DNA of 41,665 nt, from positions 1-41,665 of the IMG/VR virus record IMGVR_UViG_3300033076_000311. One strand, given 5' to 3'. This document shows positions 36,220-41,665 of the stretch, piece after piece. The notes below the pieces were generated by a model that worked only from the letters and a program-made list of their open reading frames with translations, was not told where the DNA came from and did no database searches. The DNA comes from a virus. Its lineage: Duplodnaviria; Caudoviricetes. Each line of letters begins with the position of its first letter. The first letter of the stretch is position 1. A program made the translations under genes and the position numbers.

Positions 36220-36860
36220 TACGCCCAGGGATCAGCGATGTTTTTGCCGGAAGCAGAAGTCAGGTCACGGTCTACCATTTGCCAAACCGAAGCACCTTTT
36301 TCACCAGTGAGATAAGTGTAGAGACCACGACCGCGCTCAGTAAAAGTACCATCAGGATTACGGAGCACAAGCTCAGCAGTGCGAGGATCAACCAAGCGGT
36401 AACGTTCTGGAACTTCTTGTCCATACTTGTTGATACGTGTGCCTTCTTCAACATAGTGCATTGGTCCTAATACTTGGTAAGTGATGATGTTGTTGTCATA
36501 CTTACGGAACATGATCTGAACTTTGCGGTCAGACTGAGGATCCAATGGGTGAGGCATGTTTGTAGCGCCAAACTGATGAATCATGTTTGATGGATCAGGC
36601 AGGTCTTTGCTACGCTCAGGCAAAGGTGGAATCTCATCTTTGGGAATGAGATCCGATTTTTGGACATACGGGTTATCCGTTGTCACAAACTCTGAGGGAA
36701 CTTTCTTCCCTTCCAGAGCATTTTTAGCAGCTAAGTATTGCTCTTCTTTTGGTTTACCAACAAGGTCAAGCGAGATGCCTGTCTTATCGTAAACAAATTG
36801 AGATAGCTCTTTAGCGTTGGGTAAGTCAGACTTTAATGCCTCAATATCATACGTTGCCAT
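36219..36860 (-). CDS. hypothetical protein (MATYDIE...)
   Basis: AAGGA SD before ATG 36860. Confidence 0.75.
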   Translation of the reverse strand: MATYDIEALKSDLPNAKELSQFVYDKTGISLDLVGKPKEEQYLAAKNALEGKKVPSEFVTTDNPYVQKSDLIPKDEIPPLPERSKDLPDPSNMIHQFGATNMPHPLDPQSDRKVQIMFRKYDNNIITYQVLGPMHYVEEGTRINKYGQEVPERYRLVDPRTAELVLRNPDGTFTERGRGLYTYLTGEKGASVWQMVDRDLTSASGKNIADPWA

Positions 36861-36873
36861 GCTATTCCTTTCT

Positions 36874-37098
36874 TTAGACTTTGGCAGGTCGCGTACCTTT
36901 TTGGAACTTGCCACCATTGATGTTTTGTGTATGTTGGTCAGACAGTGTGTTCACTTTGTAAACGTCACGGACTGCTACAGCCACTTTCTCACGACGACCA
37001 AATTCGCTCGTACGTGTGCTCAACTTATCGTTGATACCTTTGGTGAGGCCCTTGCTCATCTTGCCGCCACCGTTAATTACTTTACCGTAACCAGACAT
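36874..37098 (-). CDS. small basic Gly/Lys-rich protein
   Basis: GAGGTG SD before MSGYGK. Confidence 0.65.
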   Translation of the reverse strand: MSGYGKVINGGGKMSKGLTKGINDKLSTRTSEFGRREKVAVAVRDVYKVNTLSDQHTQNINGGKFQKGTRPAKV

Positions 37099-37105
37099 AG
37101 TCACC

Positions 37106-37375
37106 TCACTTCAACCAAGATTTGCCGTCTTTGGCAATGTAACCATCGTTACCGCCAACAGCATAATCACACTTTGGATAAGACACGCTTACTTTCTGAC
37201 CACGACCAGAAGTAGCGCTACCAGAAGCTTTAGCAGCAGCTTGGTGACCAGAAGGATATACCGTGTTGCCTTGAGGACGAGTGACAGCAGTAACGCCGCC
37301 CGTGCCCGTAGCAGTATGCTTAGATTGATTGCCTTTGCGGTTAGGCGCTTGAGCGTACAAAAAGTTTGTAGTCAT
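37106..37375 (-). CDS. small basic low-complexity protein
   Basis: GGGGAG SD; Gly/Thr/Ala/Lys-rich. Confidence 0.65.
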   Translation of the reverse strand: MTTNFLYAQAPNRKGNQSKHTATGTGGVTAVTRPQGNTVYPSGHQAAAKASGSATSGRGQKVSVSYPKCDYAVGGNDGYIAKDGKSWLK

Positions 37376-37411
37376 TTCTTCCCCTTCGGGTTGGTTAAGT
37401 TCAGGTGCATA

Positions 37412-37900
37412 TCATACCTTTCTTAAGGATTCCATGAAATCGTCCAACGCTTCCTCAGCAGAAGTGTTTTCTTCGCTATTGACCATGTTGTTCACATGTT
37501 CGATAGAGATGATTGGCGCACGGGATGATTCAAACGCCGCCAGCTTATCAGCAATCCTGGCTTTCTCTTTAATGTCGAGTTGGTCAGAATTCATCGCCAT
37601 GATAAGGGTCTCCATAGCCGATGTCAAAGGACCATGACCTTTAGCTATCGCCTCTTCGTTCATCTTATTAAACGTAGCTCCATATTCGGTCACACGGTTA
37701 ATGATGGACTTAGGACGACCATTTGGGTTGTTCACAGTTCCAAGGGGAGGACCACCCATGCCAGCGCGAGGCATTTTTTCGCCAGAAGCAATCTTCATGG
37801 CTTTCTTCTCGGCATTACGAGCACGAGCAGCGTCACGAGCTTTCTTTTTATGTTCTTCAGTATTCTGTTTAACAGTGGGTTGTCTTATTTCGTCAAACAC
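37412..37900 (-). CDS. putative terminase small subunit
   Basis: NNPNGRPK motif, helical core; GGAGG SD before GTG 37900; upstream of TerL. Confidence 0.6.
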   Translation of the reverse strand: MFDEIRQPTVKQNTEEHKKKARDAARARNAEKKAMKIASGEKMPRAGMGGPPLGTVNNPNGRPKSIINRVTEYGATFNKMNEEAIAKGHGPLTSAMETLIMAMNSDQLDIKEKARIADKLAAFESSRAPIISIEHVNNMVNSEENTSAEEALDDFMESLRKV

Positions 37901-38445
37901 TTGATAGCCTCCTCTGTACGGATCCATGCATAAGAACCGTTTACGACAAAACCACGCTTTTTGTGGATTTTCATAAAACCATCATGGTCAGCACGGATAG
38001 AAGTAGAACACACAATCGGAATTGCGTTTTTATAGGCCCAAAGTATATGCTGATCAATCATCTCGTTAACCAGACGTATACGAGTACGTACAGGCAAGCT
38101 AAGGTCAACATGGTGGAATTTAGCATTTGAGATTTCTTCGTTTGAGTAGGTCGTATAGCCGCCACGGTCAAACCAGCAAAAGCCAAGAAGTTTGCTAACA
38201 GTGTCGTGACCAGAAAATCTATTGTTGTGGTCAAACAACGGAACAATCTCAGGTTCCCCGCGGCACACAGCAATAAACTCTTTGGACTTGTTGAACAGTT
38301 GTTCAGTAGTAGCAACAGTCAACCTATGTCGAAAGACGTTCCTATCCCGATTCAATATCCCTTCAACCTCTGATCCGTAAACAGAGTCAGCCAATTCAAT
38401 CATGTCGTCAATGTCATGAAGAGGGTGTGCCAGTGTCCATTCCAT
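37885..38445 (-). CDS. GNAT-fold acetyltransferase-like protein
   Basis: LLGFCW strand, HVD, W-A...I-V strand and terminal KKRGF pattern; acetyl-CoA loop degenerate; start MEWT. Confidence 0.55.
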   Translation of the reverse strand: MEWTLAHPLHDIDDMIELADSVYGSEVEGILNRDRNVFRHRLTVATTEQLFNKSKEFIAVCRGEPEIVPLFDHNNRFSGHDTVSKLLGFCWFDRGGYTTYSNEEISNAKFHHVDLSLPVRTRIRLVNEMIDQHILWAYKNAIPIVCSTSIRADHDGFMKIHKKRGFVVNGSYAWIRTEEAIKCLTK

Positions 38446-38482
38446 ACTATGCCTTTCCAGTGCGGAGCAAAGAAAATTTTTT

Positions 38483-38757
38483 GCTGGTGGGCCGTTTATC
38501 CCCGACATGGCTCAGACGGCTCGCTGACTTTTTGCGGGATCTTCATACACCAACACGGCTGAAGACTGACTTGCCCGTTCGAACGCTTATAAGGCACTAA
38601 GCAGAGGACAATCTTCATGCGTGTTAGCGCCGTCTCTCCGGCTGTCTCTGTGTTTGACCTTCAGCCTCCACAGTTGAGACTTCGTATCGCACGACTTTCG
38701 AGAAGGTTCCTCTACGCGGTCTGTCGTTCTGGCCGTTAACGGTTAGCTCTCACCAAC
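38483..38757 (-). ncRNA. candidate structured leader RNA/ncRNA of the late operon
   Basis: Two GUUGGUG copies with two complements, a long central stem and several hairpins; starts at the predicted TSS. Confidence 0.55.
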
Positions 38758-38763
38758 AACCAA

Positions 38764-38791
38764 ATTATAAGACCACACGCTCCTTTAGCAA
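38764..38791 (-). promoter_or_regulatory. sigma70-type promoter for the late operon
   Basis: TTGCTA-N16-TATAAT on the minus strand. Confidence 0.65.
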
Positions 38792-38799
38792 ATGTAATA

Positions 38800-39480
38800 C
38801 TTTTCCTCTTGGAACCTTTATATAACCCCGTGTTTTTCGATACTTTACCCACTTTCTAGCACTTTTCTTAAGCTATCAGTATTACTCAGCGTTGTAAAAG
38901 TAGTACCAGAAAAGTTTTAGGACAAAAATTTTTATAGGGAAACGGGCTTTTGGTATAGCTATGTGGGTAGGCGATTGGAGTGGGGTATAAGGAAGTTTTT
39001 AGAAAAATTTTGGGAATGGGGGAGTGGGCCTCCCCCTCCGCTCCTGCTTCCAGCCGTACCCCCTCTGCCTGATGGGGTGATTGGGGAATGGGGCTGCGCA
39101 GCGCAAACGCAGTGCTGGTGCGGGTTTGCGGGTGATTTAATTGGGGACAGGTCAATAATTGGGGACAGGTTGGGGGCTTGATTTATCCGCGGGAAGGGGG
39201 ACCGATCTCTTTTCGGTTTTATTGTTTGTCAGTGTTTAGGTGTTAGCTTCTCGCTTTACATGTAGTGCGACAGAGAATGGCTTGGGGGATTCCTTATTTA
39301 TCGCGGGTTTCAGGCCGATTGAAGGTTTCTGGTTTATCGCGTTTTATGCTCTCTTATGTCTCTTCTAGCTGCTAACGAATGCCGGTTTAGGGTTTCTGGT
39401 TTTTCTTTTCTTTCCCAGCTTCTCGCGTTAACTTGAATTTATCGATTTATCAAGTGTCATTAGAAAATACAATGGATAAA
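38800..39480. other. non-coding G/T-skewed region, candidate genome terminus/packaging region
   Basis: A/T tracts, many G runs, short repeats; between divergent late and early promoters. Confidence 0.45.
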
Positions 39481-39484
39481 AGTG

Positions 39485-39552
39485 TTGACAAAGTAAACCT
39501 AGCTCTAATTTAGGCGTTATAATCCATGCGCCTAGCGAATGGTTCGCTGGGC
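39485..39552 (+). promoter_or_regulatory. early promoter and 5-prime stem-loop
   Basis: TTGACA 39485-39490, TATAAT 39518-39523; hairpin GCCTAGCGAA-TGG-TTCGCTGGGC 39530-39552. Confidence 0.65.
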
Positions 39553-39570
39553 TAACAATGAAGGATATAT

Positions 39571-39861
39571 ATGTCAACCATTCAATTAACCCCAACAATC
39601 GCCGCATTCATTGACGAAGCGGGCGCACTAGATAGCGAGATCAAGCGCTTGACCAAGCAATTGGACGCTATCAAAGCCACTATAAAAGCCCACGGCGCGG
39701 GCGACTTCGGCGGGTTTGCATTCAATGCAAAGGTAATCGAATCAGAGCGCGTTACCACTGATTGGAAAGCAATAGCCGAGCATATGGGGTATTCCCGTCA
39801 GCTCTTCACTGCGCACACATCTAGCGCGCTAGTTCAATCCATCCGATTTTCTAAAGTCTAA
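39571..39861 (+). CDS. early hypothetical protein with an N-terminal coiled coil
   Basis: AAGGA SD; first gene after the promoter. Confidence 0.8.
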   Translation: MSTIQLTPTIAAFIDEAGALDSEIKRLTKQLDAIKATIKAHGAGDFGGFAFNAKVIESERVTTDWKAIAEHMGYSRQLFTAHTSSALVQSIRFSKV

Positions 39862-39871
39862 GGGGCTAAAA

Positions 39872-40195
39872 ATGGAAACGTCAAAATTAACAGGAGCCGC
39901 GCTTGATTGGGCAGTGGCGAAGTGTGAGGGAAAAATTTATGGAGTGCGCGGCACTCGGTATGAATTCCAGCCGTCTACACACTGGTCACAAGGTGGGCCG
40001 ATCATTGAGCGGGAGAGGATAGGGGTGTGGCCGTCCGCATCTATTGAAGGCGTGTGGGCGGCACGACCAGACTGCGAAGTCCACCCAAACCGACTACCAC
40101 CGACACATGGAGACACGCCACTGATCGCAGCCATGCGGTGCTATGTAGCAAGCAAACTAGGTGACACCGTGGAAATGCCAGAGGAATTGAACTAA
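39872..40195 (+). CDS. ninX: NinX-family protein (DUF2591)
   Basis: LTGAALDWAVAKCEG, PST.WSQGGPIIERE.I and G.TPLIAAMRCYVASKLG motifs. Confidence 0.85.
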   Translation: METSKLTGAALDWAVAKCEGKIYGVRGTRYEFQPSTHWSQGGPIIERERIGVWPSASIEGVWAARPDCEVHPNRLPPTHGDTPLIAAMRCYVASKLGDTVEMPEELN

Positions 40196-40205
40196 GGGGC
40201 TAACA

Positions 40206-40289
40206 ATGACTAACTTTATCGGTTTTCTCTTTTCTTTTGCCGTGGGCGTGGTTTCTCTTCTCGCTTACTTCGACGTGTTGACTAAATAA
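40206..40289 (+). CDS. 27-aa membrane peptide (MTNFIGFLFSFAVGVVSLLAYFDVLTK)
   Basis: Hand translation; flanked on both sides by the repeated linker. Confidence 0.7.
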   Translation: MTNFIGFLFSFAVGVVSLLAYFDVLTK

Positions 40290-40299
40290 GGGGCTAAAA

Positions 40300-40698
40300 A
40301 TGAAACCTATTGATTTAAAAACTCAAGCGCTAATCATTAAAAATGTACTCGCCGCATGCGGCAATATTGAAAAACTCAATAAACGCGGGTATGACTTTCT
40401 GTATCAATGTAGCGGGTTTATCGCCCATTATGACTTGGAAGGGTTCAAGGAATACTATCGGGACCATTCGCTAGTGGCTGACATAGAAGCGAATCACGCC
40501 CAGAATCAATGGCGCAATTATCGCGAAGGGGAGCGATTCGCGGACTACTACCACTCTAAGCGCGATATTTATAACGCTATCCTGGGCAACCTTCTAGCGG
40601 TTCAAGAAAGAAAAAGAGCGTTTAATTCCATGCTTGGGGACCCTGAAAAGTTTTTACGCGAGCACTTCCAAGTGATTCACATTACAAATAAGGTTTAA
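40300..40698 (+). CDS. early hypothetical protein
   Basis: ORF track; linker RBS. Confidence 0.8.
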   Translation: MKPIDLKTQALIIKNVLAACGNIEKLNKRGYDFLYQCSGFIAHYDLEGFKEYYRDHSLVADIEANHAQNQWRNYREGERFADYYHSKRDIYNAILGNLLAVQERKRAFNSMLGDPEKFLREHFQVIHITNKV

Positions 40699-40710
40699 AG
40701 GGGCTATAGC

Positions 40711-41355
40711 ATGGTAAAGATTAGCAAAACTTCGAAGCTTGACGGCATTAAATCTTGGTCGCTTCAAGCGCTTGACACATGCCCAGGCTCGCTAAACGGT
40801 GACGGCACGCTAGTGGACGCATGCAGCGGTTGTTATGCCACGACGGGAAATTATCGCTATCCAAACGTAAAAGCCCCACGCGAACACAATCGCGAAGACT
40901 GGGCGCGGCTTGAATGGGTTGACGATATGGTCAACGCGCTAAACGATTCGCGTTATTTTCGTTGGTTTGATAGCGGCGACATGTACGCGCTGGGACTCGC
41001 TGAGAAAATTCTAGAAGTTATGAAGCGAACGCCGTGGGTTTTGCATTGGTTGCCCACGCGCATGCATAAATTCCCGAAGTTTAGGCGCGTGCTTCAAGAT
41101 ATGAAGCGCTTGGAAAATGTATCGGTTCGCTTTTCTAGCGATAGCGTCACGGGCGAATTTATCTCTGGGACGCATGGAAGCGTTATCGTGCCCACGGCGC
41201 AGCATGCCACGGCGTCAATGACTTTATGCGAAGCGTATACGCGCGGCGGTACGTGTAGCGGTTGCCGTAAATGCTGGGATAAAAGCGTGGACGTTATCGC
41301 GTACCCAGCGCACGGCGTGAAAATGGCGAAAGTAATAAAAATTAAGTCAATTTAA
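40711..41355 (+). CDS. GP88-family Cys-rich protein (radical-SAM-like Fe-S motif)
   Basis: TCPG...ACSGCYA, FRWFDSGD, HWLPTR and C-terminal CSGCRKCW. Confidence 0.75.
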   Translation: MVKISKTSKLDGIKSWSLQALDTCPGSLNGDGTLVDACSGCYATTGNYRYPNVKAPREHNREDWARLEWVDDMVNALNDSRYFRWFDSGDMYALGLAEKILEVMKRTPWVLHWLPTRMHKFPKFRRVLQDMKRLENVSVRFSSDSVTGEFISGTHGSVIVPTAQHATASMTLCEAYTRGGTCSGCRKCWDKSVDVIAYPAHGVKMAKVIKIKSI

Positions 41356-41364
41356 GGGGCTAAT

Positions 41365-41520
41365 ATGTACCGCATTCAAGCATTCAATACAAAAACCCAA
41401 GCGTGGGAAATCCACTATTGCAAAACAATGGAAGAGCGCGAAGAGTACATAAAAGAGCGCGTTAATAGTGGAGAAGTCAAACCGCCTAGCATTAGCTGGG
41501 AATGGCTAGCTAGATCATAA
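41365..41520 (+). CDS. 51-aa hypothetical protein (MYRIQAFNTKTQAWEIHYCK...)
   Basis: Hand translation; linker RBS; ends at the terminator. Confidence 0.65.
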   Translation: MYRIQAFNTKTQAWEIHYCKTMEEREEYIKERVNSGEVKPPSISWEWLARS

Positions 41521-41546
41521 ATAAAGCCCCTTCGTGGGCTTTTATT
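41520..41546 (+). terminator. intrinsic terminator, possibly bidirectional
   Basis: AAAGCCC-CTTCGT-GGGCTTT followed by TATT, with an A-rich 5-prime side. Confidence 0.8.
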
Positions 41547-41665
41547 GTTAGTGCTTACGTGCTAGGGCATGCCGTGCCCTATTGCATGAGCACGCCTAAA
41601 CGATAGCGGCGGCGCTAGGGCATGCCGTGGGCGCTGGGTTTATTTCCCAGCTGGGCGATTGTGGG

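Larger units (their letters stand above)
39859..41363 (+). repeat. five copies of stop/RBS linker TAA(A)GGGGCTA (39859, 40193, 40287, 40696, 41353)
   Basis: Read directly at each gene junction. Confidence 0.9.

Noticed and set aside
9368-38445. Stop-codon reassignment, introns or inteins in late genes
   Set aside because: Genes tile tightly at expected lengths in the standard code; TerL, portal and capsid appear uninterrupted
38570-38590. GTTCGAAC resembling a tRNA T-loop
   Set aside because: No cloverleaf, acceptor stem or CCA can be built around it; treated as part of the larger structured RNA
38886-39181. ORFs 38886-39155 (-) and 38963-39181 (+)
   Set aside because: Low-complexity translations of G/C runs with no RBS; the region looks non-coding
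1-41665. Terminal redundancy or circular overlap of the window ends
   Set aside because: First and last bases do not match and the first gene is truncated, so completeness cannot be claimed

Overview
Most or all of a tailed dsDNA phage genome with a short-tailed, podovirus-like layout; a freshwater betaproteobacterial host is inferred from the gene families, not proven. Left arm (minus strand, 1-5693): small coupled genes, a RuvC-like resolvase, a DUF1376/YdaU replication initiator with internal iterons, two MazG-like pyrophosphatases and a Cro-like HTH gene missing from the ORF track. A divergent plus-strand block (5857-9378) encodes a Sak annealase, a SpoVG-like putative SSB and small proteins. 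One ~29 kb minus-strand late operon (38445 to 9368) runs GNAT-like protein, TerS, small basic proteins, TerL, portal, scaffold, SU10-like major capsid, adaptor, collagen-like fibre with an accessory fibre cluster (three Gly-rich paralogues, AT-rich beta-propeller), a methyltransferase-GT2-TPR fusion, tail nozzle, tail fibre with S74 chaperone, putative ejection proteins and lysis genes with a GH19 endolysin. A non-coding putative terminus region (~38800-39480) precedes a plus-strand early cassette whose genes are joined by a repeated TAAGGGGCTA linker. No integrase, CI repressor, polymerase, tRNA or CRISPR array was seen. Best leads: a ~275 nt switch-like structured RNA at the head of the late operon, a probable virion glycosylation plus modular fibre system, and a structured leader on the replication gene. 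Family assignments are by motif recognition only; no searches were run.
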